Of a DNA stretch of 64,000 nt, positions 46,501 to 56,299 are shown piece after piece (the stretch's first letter is position 1; the number at the start of each line of letters is the position of its first letter). Origin of the DNA: a virus (Duplodnaviria; Caudoviricetes); IMG/VR virus record IMGVR_UViG_3300011226_000001, positions 160,001 to 224,000 of that record; one strand, given 5' to 3'. The notes under the pieces were generated by a model, which saw only the letters and a program-made list of their open reading frames with translations, was not told where the DNA came from and searched no databases. A program made the position numbers and the translations under genes.

Positions 46501-47280
46501 ATGACCCAGACAGTAAAGTCTGAATCGTTTGATACGTCAGACATGGGCCTCGTCGGATTGAACGCGATTGACATGCACAAAGAAGATGTTAGCCGTACAG
46601 CTAAATCTATTCGTGTGGATGCTTCTCGCTTCGGTATTCAGACAGGTTCCTTTAACCTTGACGTGAACGTGTGGTTGCCTAAAGCAGCCGAGCAATACAA
46701 CACGTCACGCGATATCCGCGACTATATCATCGTTCCTGTTCCGGTAAACATCACTGAACTGCCGAACACTAACGGTGATGCGTTTAGTCTGCAAGAGTGG
46801 TTGACGTTCAACCCAGACCAAGGCCGTCTTGCTTATCAGACGTTCATTGGTAAGCCGACGTTTATCGAGCACAACAACAAAGACTACCGCCAAGCCATGG
46901 GCATGATCTTTGACTCTAACCTGTCTAAGCTCAAAAACTTCCGTGGCGATCACGCACGTCTGACTCTGCTGCTGGCGTTTGACCGTACGCGTTGTAAAGA
47001 GCGCTGCGACCGAATCCTGAGCGGTGAACTGAACACGTACTCAAAAGGCACAACGTATCGTGCGTATAAATGCAGCATCTGTGGTCAGTTGGTAACGCCT
47101 AAGATGCGTAACTTCTGTTCGCATACAGCGTTTAACAAACCGACCTATCTCGATGCTCGTACAGGTCGTCTGGTCTATCGTGACTGTAAGATGCTTACCG
47201 GCTTCGAATGCAGTAGCGTAGATGACCCAGCATTCGCCTGTGCTGCAACGTACAAAGAACATCTGTTAAGGATGGCGTGA
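46501..47280 (+). CDS. Prohead (maturation) protease with Zn-finger insertion
   Basis: PNTNGDAF, FIGKPTFIEH, ILSGELNTYSKG, CSICG...CSH, FECSSVDDPAF (HK97/assemblin-clan pattern); upstream of scaffold and capsid. Confidence 0.75.
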   Translation: MTQTVKSESFDTSDMGLVGLNAIDMHKEDVSRTAKSIRVDASRFGIQTGSFNLDVNVWLPKAAEQYNTSRDIRDYIIVPVPVNITELPNTNGDAFSLQEWLTFNPDQGRLAYQTFIGKPTFIEHNNKDYRQAMGMIFDSNLSKLKNFRGDHARLTLLLAFDRTRCKERCDRILSGELNTYSKGTTYRAYKCSICGQLVTPKMRNFCSHTAFNKPTYLDARTGRLVYRDCKMLTGFECSSVDDPAFACAATYKEHLLRMA

Positions 47281-48407
47281 TGCCAGAAGGTCTAGCAATC
47301 GCAGACTATTCGTACTATCGCTATCTTGGGCAGGCAGCAATGATCTCAAACGGCGTCCATATGGAACCGCGAGAGGTCATTGGCCTTCTCAAAGTAAACA
47401 GCGACCTGTACTACATAGCCCACCCTAAATACGATCAGGCATATGCAATCAGTGGAGAAGACGGTGACAAGCTCGTTCAGAATAGTCGCCCATTCACTGC
47501 TAAACCTGACGCTCTCTTTAAGCCTGGCTTCGACTTCACTCCTTACGAGGAGAAGCAGAAGAAACCCGAGCCACCAGCACCAGAACCCAAAGCCAAGCCT
47601 GTTAAACTCAGCAAAGAACCAGAGCCGGAACCAACACCTGACGTAGCTCCTGAACAGAGCGAAGAAGATACGCCTGATTCAATGAAAGCAGCGCAACGTC
47701 GTGTGGCTGATATGCCTGATTTTGGTAATTTCAAACCACTGAAATATGCCTCGGCAATCTATCCGGGTGGTACGCCTAATAACTACGCAACCAAGCCTGT
47801 CAAGAAGTGCGGACGTGTGCATCTTGAAATACTGGGTATGGATGACTTGCGTGTGCCGGGCGTTACGCTTGAGAAAAACGGCATTAGCCCTCCTGACTAT
47901 GTTCTGAAAGACATTCAGGAAAACGTTATGCCTGGCGTTGGCCTGAACCTTGAACTGCCATTTAAACGTCTGTATGTTGGCTTGTTAAAAGCTAACTCGG
48001 ATAGTGGTGGTAGTCACATCGCAACGTATCGCGTACATGGCTTCCTGTATGGTGCAATATCAATCCATCCAGCGCAGCTAGTACAGCTACTAGGTGGTTA
48101 TAATAGCCTGTCTATGGCACACGTTATTACGCATGAATTAGCCCACTTTGTGGACCATACAATGCTGCGTAACGTAGACCGTATGAAGTTCGAACAGGCC
48201 ATTCGCGGCAAGAAAATCCACCCGGATTCTATGAACGCGTTAACCATTAAATCAGTACCTGCGGAGCACTTTGCAACGCTTGCTGAACTGATGGTTTGGG
48301 GATATAGCCTGCGTAACGTTTATACGTTAAATGGCGTCGAAGTAGTGTCGAAATACTTCGAAAACAGATATATTCCACAAACTGACATTGATAGCAGAAA
48401 AATTTAA
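47280..48407 (+). CDS. Zn metallopeptidase-domain protein (HExxH) with shared N-terminal head-protein domain
   Basis: VITHELAHFVD and downstream PAEHFA; Pro/Glu-rich linker. Confidence 0.7.
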   Translation: MPEGLAIADYSYYRYLGQAAMISNGVHMEPREVIGLLKVNSDLYYIAHPKYDQAYAISGEDGDKLVQNSRPFTAKPDALFKPGFDFTPYEEKQKKPEPPAPEPKAKPVKLSKEPEPEPTPDVAPEQSEEDTPDSMKAAQRRVADMPDFGNFKPLKYASAIYPGGTPNNYATKPVKKCGRVHLEILGMDDLRVPGVTLEKNGISPPDYVLKDIQENVMPGVGLNLELPFKRLYVGLLKANSDSGGSHIATYRVHGFLYGAISIHPAQLVQLLGGYNSLSMAHVITHELAHFVDHTMLRNVDRMKFEQAIRGKKIHPDSMNALTIKSVPAEHFATLAELMVWGYSLRNVYTLNGVEVVSKYFENRYIPQTDIDSRKI

Positions 48408-48434
48408 AAATACTTGAATTTTTTCTGCAATCGT

Positions 48435-48442
48435 TAATTTCA
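48435..48442 (+). promoter_or_regulatory. Candidate late promoter TAATTTCA
   Basis: In the AT-rich intergenic region before the scaffold-capsid operon. Confidence 0.5.
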
Positions 48443-48485
48443 ACCTGTCGATTCAACGACTATAAATTTAATGAGGGTTTTAACC

Positions 48486-50504
48486 ATGCCAAAGATTACC
48501 CAACTCGCGGGTATCCTGTGTGTCGGTCAAAACCATAATCAGGCAGTAGAGAACTTTCGCCGTACTGCAACCGGTCAGAACCTGATGATTTTCGGGTCCT
48601 CTGATGGTGTAGGCTTTGCTTCGCAGAGTGGCGCTGATCTCTACAATCCGAACGGCGGTGAAGAACTGCTGGTGGAGCATCCTGATTTGGTTGAGAAAGC
48701 CGAAGTCCAGTCGCAGTCCTCTGCTGGTGATGTGAAAGCTCATTACACCATCTGTCTTGATGGTTGTGGTAGCCACGTTATCTCTGACTCTGCTGCTCTG
48801 GTTCAGGGCTGCTGCCCGTCGTGCTCTGCTGACCTGTCAGAAATCACTGACGAGCGTGTTACTCAGTTCCTGGCCGAATCCGCTTCTGCTGACGAACAGA
48901 TTGAACACACTGGTCTGGTTGCTACAGGCAAGACTGCCGAAGCTGCACAACGTAACTTCGCGCTGGCACTGAGCAACGCACACGCGTTCACCGCGCTGTC
49001 TGGTACTGGTAGCTTCAATGCTGCTACTGCCGTAAACTTCGACCCGTACACCGGCCAGTCCGTTGAGAAATGCGAACCGCAGGAAGCTCCAGAAGCTCTC
49101 GCTGCGCTGTCCTCTGCTGACGGTGAAGTCGAAGCGCACATGTATAGCTGCTCCGCTAAATGCGAACAGCCGTTCACTGTAAGCTCTGATGAAGAGCCTG
49201 TGTTCTGTGCGCACTGTTCTGCCGCTCTGGTCGACGAGCCGATTGAATCTCAGTCTGGCGACGACGATAGCGACATTGATATCATTGAAGAAGACGACCT
49301 CGACGACGAAGAATCTGGCGACGAGGATGACGACTTCGATTCTGAATCATCTAACGATGACGAAGACGATGATATCGACGACGAGGATGACCTCGACGAA
49401 GACGATCTGGACGAAGACGATCTGGACGACGAAGACATGGAAGATCTGGAAGATGATGAAGAAGACGACTTCGATTCTGAATCCAGTTCCGATGACGACG
49501 AAGACCTCGACGACGAAGATGATCTCGAACTCGACGACGAAGACCTGGAAGAAGATGATATCGACTCTGAATCCGGCTCTGACGACGACGAAGATCTCGA
49601 CGACGAAGACCTGGAAGAAGACGATCTCGACCTCGATGACGAAGACGATATCGACTCTGAAAGCGGCACTGTCTCTCGTACCTTCGATAGTCTGTCCACT
49701 GCACAAGCGCAACACGGTACGCTGGACCCTGCTCTGGTAAGCCTTAGCCGCGCTACTGGCACCCTGAACACTGTACACATGTACTACGATGGTCAGCCGA
49801 TTGCTCGCGCTACTCTCGCTTCTGTGTCCGGTGCTGTAGGCGAAGAAAATGCGGTGAAATCTTTCGCATCTGATAATTTCATTCGTGCAGTATCACACTC
49901 TCTGAATCAGGCGGGTGTTACTGGTACCTGTGAAGCGTTCGGCTTTATGCCGTATCAGATTGAAATGCCTGTCGAAAAACTTCTGGCTGCGCAGTCTGAC
50001 GCACGTATTAGCGAAGCTACTACGAACGTTACCGGCACTATCGAAGAAGCAAACGCAGCGTATGCTGACCGCTTCGTCGCTGCCCTGTCTGCATCCCAGC
50101 TGGGTGTTACCAAAAACTTCTGGGGTGATGTGCGCAACCCAATCGTTGATAGCCTGGTTAGCTCTCTGTCTGCTGCCGGTATCAAAGAGCCTCGCGCTCT
50201 GATTGAACGTGCGTTTATCGCTCATGGCAAAGACTTCCTGACTACTTCGCTGTCAAAAGCGATGGACCTCATGAGCAAGTCCGAAGTCGCCCAGAACGAA
50301 ATCTCTGAGTCTATCGACGCTGCTGCTGGCACTGTAAGTGCTGAACGCGCATCGGTTGTTCAACAGCAGGTTGTAACCGCTCAGCCTAAAGCTCCGGCGA
50401 CCGCTGCTGAATTGCTTGCTCAGGGTAACGACACCGTTGAATCCCAGAGTTCAGCTTCCACTGGCTCATTCGAAGATAAGCTGTCCCGTCTGCGCCTCGG
50501 TTAA
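48486..50504 (+). CDS. Putative prohead core/scaffold protein with Zn ribbons and acidic tract
   Basis: ATG after GAGG; CLDGC/CPSC and CSAKC/CAHC pairs; long D/E tract; lies between protease and capsid genes. Confidence 0.65.
   Translation: MPKITQLAGILCVGQNHNQAVENFRRTATGQNLMIFGSSDGVGFASQSGADLYNPNGGEELLVEHPDLVEKAEVQSQSSAGDVKAHYTICLDGCGSHVISDSAALVQGCCPSCSADLSEITDERVTQFLAESASADEQIEHTGLVATGKTAEAAQRNFALALSNAHAFTALSGTGSFNAATAVNFDPYTGQSVEKCEPQEAPEALAALSSADGEVEAHMYSCSAKCEQPFTVSSDEEPVFCAHCSAALVDEPIESQSGDDDSDIDIIEEDDLDDEESGDEDDDFDSESSNDDEDDDIDDEDDLDEDDLDEDDLDDEDMEDLEDDEEDDFDSESSSDDDEDLDDEDDLELDDEDLEEDDIDSESGSDDDEDLDDEDLEEDDLDLDDEDDIDSESGTVSRTFDSLSTAQAQHGTLDPALVSLSRATGTLNTVHMYYDGQPIARATLASVSGAVGEENAVKSFASDNFIRAVSHSLNQAGVTGTCEAFGFMPYQIEMPVEKLLAAQSDARISEATTNVTGTIEEANAAYADRFVAALSASQLGVTKNFWGDVRNPIVDSLVSSLSAAGIKEPRALIERAFIAHGKDFLTTSLSKAMDLMSKSEVAQNEISESIDAAAGTVSAERASVVQQQVVTAQPKAPATAAELLAQGNDTVESQSSASTGSFEDKLSRLRLG
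49258..49665 (+). repeat. Acidic low-complexity repeat punctuated by [F/I]DSES[S/G]
   Basis: FDSESS, FDSESS, IDSESG, IDSESG separated by DEDDL units. Confidence 0.85.
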
Positions 50505-50556
50505 CTGAGGCCTACCCTGACAGTTACTTTCTAATCTCTCTTATTGGAGAAACATC

Positions 50557-51264
50557 ATGCTGTTTCAAAATGCTACCGATATCGTACAGACCCAGGAAGC
50601 TGACCTGCTGCCGGGCGAAGTAATTCACGAAGAAGGCGTTGCGCTGGTTTGGGCCCGTGAAGGCGGCCACTCTTTCCTGCGTCTGTCTACTGGTGCTGCT
50701 AACGAAGTATTCGCCGGTTTTGCTCTGGCTCGCTCTATGCCGCCTGCGCACATGAACCGTGTTGAAGAGTTCGTTATCGACGCTACCAAAAAGTTCACTG
50801 CATCACGCGTACCGAACGCTGGCGCACTGCTGGTTAAAATCGACGGCGTTAAAGCTGATCAGGAAGCGAACGCTGCTCCTTCCGAAGCTGGCGCTGTTGG
50901 TGTTCAGGGTGCTGACCTGTACTTCCACGCTGACGACCAGGGTAAGAAAGTTCGCATCCAGTATGCTTACGAACTGACCGTGACCGAAGCGCGTTCTTAC
51001 ACTGCTGATGCACCTATCGGTGGTCTGCCGTCTAACGTTGAAGGCCGCGTCGGCTACATCAAACTGGGTAACATCGCTACCTCTATGTTTGACCCGACTG
51101 CTGACTGGTCTGCTGACAACGTTATTCACCCAACTCTCGGCCCGAACGGTCTGCTGACCATCGGCGGTCAGGGTACTGTGCTGAAAGGCTGCATCATCAA
51201 ACAGGCACCGACCACTGATCGCGGTTACCTGATCGTTGAAATGTCTTCCTCTTACGGCGCCTAA
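50557..51264 (+). CDS. Putative capsid decoration/cement protein
   Basis: 235 aa; directly upstream of the major capsid gene; strongly biased codon usage. Confidence 0.55.
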   Translation: MLFQNATDIVQTQEADLLPGEVIHEEGVALVWAREGGHSFLRLSTGAANEVFAGFALARSMPPAHMNRVEEFVIDATKKFTASRVPNAGALLVKIDGVKADQEANAAPSEAGAVGVQGADLYFHADDQGKKVRIQYAYELTVTEARSYTADAPIGGLPSNVEGRVGYIKLGNIATSMFDPTADWSADNVIHPTLGPNGLLTIGGQGTVLKGCIIKQAPTTDRGYLIVEMSSSYGA

Positions 51265-51323
51265 TCGTCGCGCACCGTAACTGTTTGAACTGAAACTTAC
51301 GAGATTATTCTCAGGAGCAACTA

Positions 51324-52424
51324 ATGAACAATTCCTTAATGCGCGGCGCAAAAGTAACCCTGCGTAACGGTGCCCCAATTGAAGACCTGCGCTACGGCGG
51401 TAAGGGCGACCTGGCTCTGAGTGAGAGCACCGGCGAAATCAACGCCTACTCTAACAAAGACCTTCTGCGTAACATCAGCCGTCTGATGGAAGAAGCTGCC
51501 AACGGTAACATCGTTCACTCTCACTCCGGCGCTCAGAACGGTCTGACCGACGCTGAGAAAGTTGAGCTGTTCCAAGAAGCTGTTGCTGATAGCAGCGGCG
51601 AGAAGTGGGCTTCTCTGGGTGCATCTATCGTTGCATCTATCGAAGACCGTGCGGAACGTGCTGGCCTGCTGCGCAAAGTGTGTAAAGGCGCTACCGTTCG
51701 TCAGGGCGATATCGCTCGTATCGAACTGAAAATCCACCAGGCGGAAGCGATCATTGCAACTGGTCCTACCGACTACGGTTACCGTCAGTTCCGCGGCCGT
51801 GTTTACACGCCTGCTGAGTTTGAACTGAAATCCAACATCCGCGTTAGCAAAATGGATCTGGACCAGATCAACGGCGACCTGCTGGATCGCGCTCAACAAG
51901 ACGGCCTGTCTTCTATCATGGTTGCAGAAGACCGTCTGTGGAAACGCGCTTGTGACCAGGCTGTTGGCATCGCTAACCCTATCACCTGGGTTCACGGTGA
52001 CCTGACTCCGCGTCTGCTGTCTACTCTGAAAAATTCTGTGTCTTCATGGCCGCTGCCTGTTAGCACCGCTGTGATGGCGCAGGACTACTGGAACGATATC
52101 GTTGGTAACGATCAGTTCTCCTCTGCTCTTGACCCGGTAAGCAAATACGACCTGATCACCACTGGTCGTCTGGGTACTCTGCTGGGTATGGAACTGGTAA
52201 CTGACGGCTTCCGCGCTCCAGAGCACCGCGTTCTGAACGACGGCGAACTGTACGTTCTGGCTGACCAGGACTACCACGCAGTGTACACTACTCGCGGCGG
52301 CACCCAGTCTACCCCGACTTCTGGCGCTAACCAGGGTAACACCGACCGCGGCTGGCTGCTGTCCAGCACCTTCTCCTTCACTCTGGCGAACGTGCGTTCA
52401 GTAGCGAAAGCTGTCCGCGGCTGA
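51324..52424 (+). CDS. Major capsid protein
   Basis: 366 aa; AGGAG RBS; strongly biased codons; HK97-like features (IMVAEDRLW helix, G.LGTLLGMELVTD); head-operon position. Confidence 0.75.
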   Translation: MNNSLMRGAKVTLRNGAPIEDLRYGGKGDLALSESTGEINAYSNKDLLRNISRLMEEAANGNIVHSHSGAQNGLTDAEKVELFQEAVADSSGEKWASLGASIVASIEDRAERAGLLRKVCKGATVRQGDIARIELKIHQAEAIIATGPTDYGYRQFRGRVYTPAEFELKSNIRVSKMDLDQINGDLLDRAQQDGLSSIMVAEDRLWKRACDQAVGIANPITWVHGDLTPRLLSTLKNSVSSWPLPVSTAVMAQDYWNDIVGNDQFSSALDPVSKYDLITTGRLGTLLGMELVTDGFRAPEHRVLNDGELYVLADQDYHAVYTTRGGTQSTPTSGANQGNTDRGWLLSSTFSFTLANVRSVAKAVRG

Positions 52425-52438
52425 CGGTAAGTGCAATC

Positions 52439-52463
52439 AGAGGGCGGCATAACGCTGCCCTCT
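52439..52463 (+). terminator. Stem-loop after the capsid gene (terminator or stabiliser)
   Basis: AGAGGGCGGC-ATAAC-GCTGCCCTCT; weak T tract. Confidence 0.55.
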
Positions 52464-52479
52464 TAACTGAGGACCAAGC

Positions 52480-52887
52480 ATGAAGACTTTATCTGGTTCC
52501 TTAGCTGCACTGGCAATCGTCGCAGCGCGTGACGGACAGTGGACTGATGCTGCTCGCTTGCTTGCGCAAGCTGCTGTTGCGCCAGACACTGAGGACTTTC
52601 TCGAATGCGAACTCGCTGATAACTTCCAGGCTTCTTGCTTGGTAAACTCTGTGAGTAGCGCATCCGGTATGAGCGAATCCGTTGCTGCGTTGTCTGCTGC
52701 TTTAGAGCTTAATGCCGAGGAAGAACAGTCGTTGTATGACGACGAAGTTATTAGTCTCAACTCCGACGAAGATGTTGAAGACGAATTGGAAGACGAGCTT
52801 AATGATGAAGAAGAGGATGATGCAGACGATGCAATCGAATCCGATTCATCTGCCCCTTCCCAGTTGATTCGTCTGCGACTTGATTAA
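52480..52887 (+). CDS. Small acidic protein (possible head core component)
   Basis: 135 aa; GAGGA RBS; SVSS/SESV/SDSS motifs. Confidence 0.7.
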   Translation: MKTLSGSLAALAIVAARDGQWTDAARLLAQAAVAPDTEDFLECELADNFQASCLVNSVSSASGMSESVAALSAALELNAEEEQSLYDDEVISLNSDEDVEDELEDELNDEEEDDADDAIESDSSAPSQLIRLRLD

Positions 52888-52906
52888 CACCCGATTACGG
52901 GTAACC

Positions 52907-52935
52907 AAAAGGGTGGCCAATAGGCTGCCCTTTTT
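52907..52935 (+). terminator. Rho-independent terminator
   Basis: AAAAGGGTGGCC-AATA-GGCTGCCCTTTTT. Confidence 0.8.
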
Positions 52936-52954
52936 CGTATCTGGAGCACCGCAA

Positions 52955-53638
52955 ATGAGTGCAAACATTGCAGGTATGCTCAAAGGCAGTACATCGCTAC
53001 GAGCAACCATCTTTGGCTTTCAGCGTCAATTCAGACAGGGCTTCGGGTTAAAGCGTTTTGTTTGGTCTGTGCATAACAACCCTAAGCAGGGTATTCGTGC
53101 AACGAACAATCAAAGCACTGACTATCCATACGGTTGGTTCAAACTACCGAACATCGCATTCAACCGTGAAGAGTCCGTGAACATTAAGAACATCGCACGT
53201 CATGGCAGTGGCTGGGCGTTAGGCAAAGACGATACGAACGCAATCGTCGTCACTAACTACTACTTCCCTATTACGCTTACCGGTTCATTGTTCGTTAAGT
53301 TTATGAACATCGACCAAGCGCTGTTGTTCGTGCAGCAAGCGATGATAGCTGGCCTGACAGATCTCATGAGTTTCTCTATTGAGATGCCTACTGCTAAGTG
53401 GACTGCGCGTGTCAAGCTGGATGACTCTCTGCCTATGCCTAACATTGATGACCTCGATGAAGGTAGTACGCCGGGTAGTTTCGAGCTGGAGATTCCAATC
53501 ACGATTCACTCGAAGATTGGCTTCAACATGGAGCAGGCTAAGATAAACAACTACGGTGAGATCACTGAGAACACCGAGATTGATATCGACTTCGGTCCGC
53601 GAGCTACTGCTGAACAAGACGAGGAGGAAGTAGACTAA
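52955..53638 (+). CDS. Virion protein, possibly tail completion/terminator
   Basis: ATG after GGAG; located between head and sheath genes. Confidence 0.55.
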   Translation: MSANIAGMLKGSTSLRATIFGFQRQFRQGFGLKRFVWSVHNNPKQGIRATNNQSTDYPYGWFKLPNIAFNREESVNIKNIARHGSGWALGKDDTNAIVVTNYYFPITLTGSLFVKFMNIDQALLFVQQAMIAGLTDLMSFSIEMPTAKWTARVKLDDSLPMPNIDDLDEGSTPGSFELEIPITIHSKIGFNMEQAKINNYGEITENTEIDIDFGPRATAEQDEEEVD

Positions 53639-53982
53639 TGTACACACGCGAGAAGTACCGTAAGCTCGACCGTACTCTGGTTATTGATAGTCGTGTGCGC
53701 TCTGTTACTTCTAACCAGAACGCTATTCTCAAACGACAGTCACACGCTGTAGGGATTCCCCTTGACGGTGACTTCCAAATGCAGAGTGTTATCGTCGGAC
53801 CTAAAGGCTATCAGTTGCCTGAGATTAAAGGTCTGCTGTACATTGATACCGCAGAGCCAATCATCCTCCAGTTCGCTGGTGGCCGGATGATTATCGAAGG
53901 GCAGTTCACGCTTACAGGAAAGATGGCACAATCCGTTCTGGTAAGTGACGTGGATCAGCGAGTTAATGTGGTTTGCTATTGA
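53638..53982 (+). CDS. Hypothetical protein
   Basis: 114-aa ORF with GGAGG RBS, coupled to the upstream gene. Confidence 0.7.
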   Translation: MYTREKYRKLDRTLVIDSRVRSVTSNQNAILKRQSHAVGIPLDGDFQMQSVIVGPKGYQLPEIKGLLYIDTAEPIILQFAGGRMIIEGQFTLTGKMAQSVLVSDVDQRVNVVCY

Positions 53983-53990
53983 GTTCTCGC

Positions 53991-53998
53991 TAATTTCA
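53991..53998 (+). promoter_or_regulatory. Candidate late promoter TAATTTCA
   Basis: Intergenic before sheath 2; TAATTTCATACAGTC here versus TAATTTCAGACAGTC before sheath 1. Confidence 0.55.
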
Positions 53999-54038
53999 TA
54001 CAGTCGTTACACGATGCCCATTCTTATGGAGATTCACG

Positions 54039-55724
54039 ATGTTACAACCTAATCACCCCTCTCCGGGGGTCTATTCGCAGGAGAATGACCGCAGCAACCA
54101 AGCGTCACTTGTGCAGTATGGCATGTGTACTCTGGTGCTGCCGTTCCCTCGCGGACCTGTGGGTGTTAACACAACTGTTACCTCTAAGGATGAGATTGAC
54201 GCAATTTTTGGTCCAGCAACGGGGCAGTACGCTAACAACGTCCAGAACGCAAAACTTCTGATGACGAAAGCAACCAAGCTGAACATTACGCGTGTCGCTC
54301 TCTCTGTGAAATACGCAGGTGTGTACCTCACAACTTATAATAACTTTGCCACCTGCCGCCCTCTCGGTGACGCTGGACTTGTTGACCCTGAGCAGATTGC
54401 TTTCTCTGATCGCGATATCTGCCTGATTTACGCAATGTCTCAGTATGCAGCGGCGAACAACCTGTACATCACGTTCGAGCCTGACGTAACAGATCCTCTG
54501 GGCTATAAGTCCCTGATCAAAGTGTATCAAGTCGGTTATCTCACGCCGCTGGAAACGCACACTGTTACAACGCGCTACTGGAAAGACGAAGCTGGTAATC
54601 AGTTCTTCATTGAAGACGTTATCAACGTTAACTCCAAGTACATCCGCGTTAAGCTGAACGAAAATCACTACAAGCTGCTGGAAGACCCGAACTATGTGGT
54701 CATCAACTCCATCGGCGGTGGCCCTGCTGACCCAACGAACCCGACTGCTCCTAACGGTCAGTTCACTGGTGGTAGTGACGGTTCTGTTATTGACGTAGAC
54801 CATTCTGACGCGACTATTGCTAATCAGAGTCTGTCTGCTGTTCTTAGCGCGTGGGATAACTACCGTGACTGGGAAGATGTTCAGGCTGGCATTCTGTGCT
54901 CTGGTGGTCTTGAGCATCCTGTGATTGCGAACAAGATCGATGAATTGGCTGAGAGCCGCATGGACTGTATCGCCACTCACGGTGTTCCTGTTCCGTTGCA
55001 GGCGCGTGACAACGCTGTTGCGTATCGTCGCGGTAACAAGCCTTATCAGCAAGCAGAGTTCTCTATCATCGGTTCTTGGTCGGCTATCTCGAACGCTGAC
55101 GTTAAAACCCGTGACAATGACAACGCGCGTGACTACTACGTGCCTGCGTCTGTGTGTATGGCGTACTGCATGTTGACTGCTGACCAAGTAGCATCGTGGT
55201 TAGCACCTGGCGGTCTGAATCGTGGTAAGCTGGACTTCGCTACTGACGTGCGCTATCGCTTTAAACAAGGCGACCGTGACGTTCTGGTAGACAACCAGAT
55301 TAACCCGATTGCTGTATTCGAAGGTGAAGGTATCTTCATGTGGGGTGCTGATACAACGTATACCACTAAGAGCCCGCTGCAGGATATCGGCATTCGTCGT
55401 CTGCTGGCAATGCTTCATGCTTCTGCTCGCGCTAACAACCTGAGTGCTGTCTTCGAACCGAACGACGACATTCTGAAACAGCGCCAGAAGTCTGCGATGG
55501 AAGCAATCCTCGAACCGATTAAGACCGGTCGTGGTTTGCGTTGGTATGCAGTCCAGTGTGACTACAAGAACAACACCGCAGAAGACGAAGCGCGTGGCGA
55601 CCTGATCATCGACGTGTTCCTTGATCCTACTCGCTATACCAAACGCATTCACGTAACTGCTATCGTGCCACCTGTAGGCGATATTCAGTACGCGCTGCAA
55701 CTGATTAACTCTGGTGCACTCTAA
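54039..55724 (+). CDS. Tail sheath protein 2
   Basis: HPSPGVYSQE, RGPV, WLAPGGLNRG, NQINPI, IRRLL, VFEPND, GDLIIDV. Confidence 0.92.
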   Translation: MLQPNHPSPGVYSQENDRSNQASLVQYGMCTLVLPFPRGPVGVNTTVTSKDEIDAIFGPATGQYANNVQNAKLLMTKATKLNITRVALSVKYAGVYLTTYNNFATCRPLGDAGLVDPEQIAFSDRDICLIYAMSQYAAANNLYITFEPDVTDPLGYKSLIKVYQVGYLTPLETHTVTTRYWKDEAGNQFFIEDVINVNSKYIRVKLNENHYKLLEDPNYVVINSIGGGPADPTNPTAPNGQFTGGSDGSVIDVDHSDATIANQSLSAVLSAWDNYRDWEDVQAGILCSGGLEHPVIANKIDELAESRMDCIATHGVPVPLQARDNAVAYRRGNKPYQQAEFSIIGSWSAISNADVKTRDNDNARDYYVPASVCMAYCMLTADQVASWLAPGGLNRGKLDFATDVRYRFKQGDRDVLVDNQINPIAVFEGEGIFMWGADTTYTTKSPLQDIGIRRLLAMLHASARANNLSAVFEPNDDILKQRQKSAMEAILEPIKTGRGLRWYAVQCDYKNNTAEDEARGDLIIDVFLDPTRYTKRIHVTAIVPPVGDIQYALQLINSGAL

Positions 55725-55735
55725 GGAGCTTTTAG

Positions 55736-56248
55736 ATGCCAAAGGTAACTCTTGACGAATTTGCGTCTACTAAAGATCCGTTACTCGATGACAACTTCGA
55801 GTTCCTGATCCCTAACCCGCCTGTTGGCGGTACAGACTATGCGCGTACTCTGCGCCTGTTCTGTAAGACTGGCGTTAAGCCAGGTTCTACTCTGGAAGAA
55901 GTGCTGAAAGAAGCGTTCGGCCACCAGCTCAACTACGCTGGTCGTAAGATCTTCTCTCACGCGCTGTCCACTGAGTACAACGAAAACTCCGAAATGGCAG
56001 TGTACAAACAACTGGAAGAATGGCATGAGTTCGTTCGTGCTACTCAAACCCAGCTGGGCGCACGTAAAGCTGACTACGCGACCAAAGCAATCTTCCGTAT
56101 CTTCGATATGGACGGCTCTGTAGTTGCTGAGTACAACATCTACGGTGTGTGGCCGAAACAGGTTCCTGACTTGCAGTTCTCTGGTGCTGCACAGGCTGTT
56201 CCGGTATCAATCGAATGGTCCTTCGACTACGCCGAACTCGCATCGTAA
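55736..56248 (+). CDS. Tail tube protein (T4 gp19-like)
   Basis: Follows the sheath; YAGR, EEWH, YNIYGVWPKQV...WSFDY. Confidence 0.8.
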   Translation: MPKVTLDEFASTKDPLLDDNFEFLIPNPPVGGTDYARTLRLFCKTGVKPGSTLEEVLKEAFGHQLNYAGRKIFSHALSTEYNENSEMAVYKQLEEWHEFVRATQTQLGARKADYATKAIFRIFDMDGSVVAEYNIYGVWPKQVPDLQFSGAAQAVPVSIEWSFDYAELAS

Positions 56249-56255
56249 GAAACAC

Positions 56256-56284
56256 AAGGGCCAAGATTCGTTCTGGCCCTTTTT
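56256..56284 (+). terminator. Rho-independent terminator
   Basis: AAGGGCCA...TGGCCCTTTTT. Confidence 0.75.
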
Positions 56285-56299
56285 CGTTTTGGAGAGACT

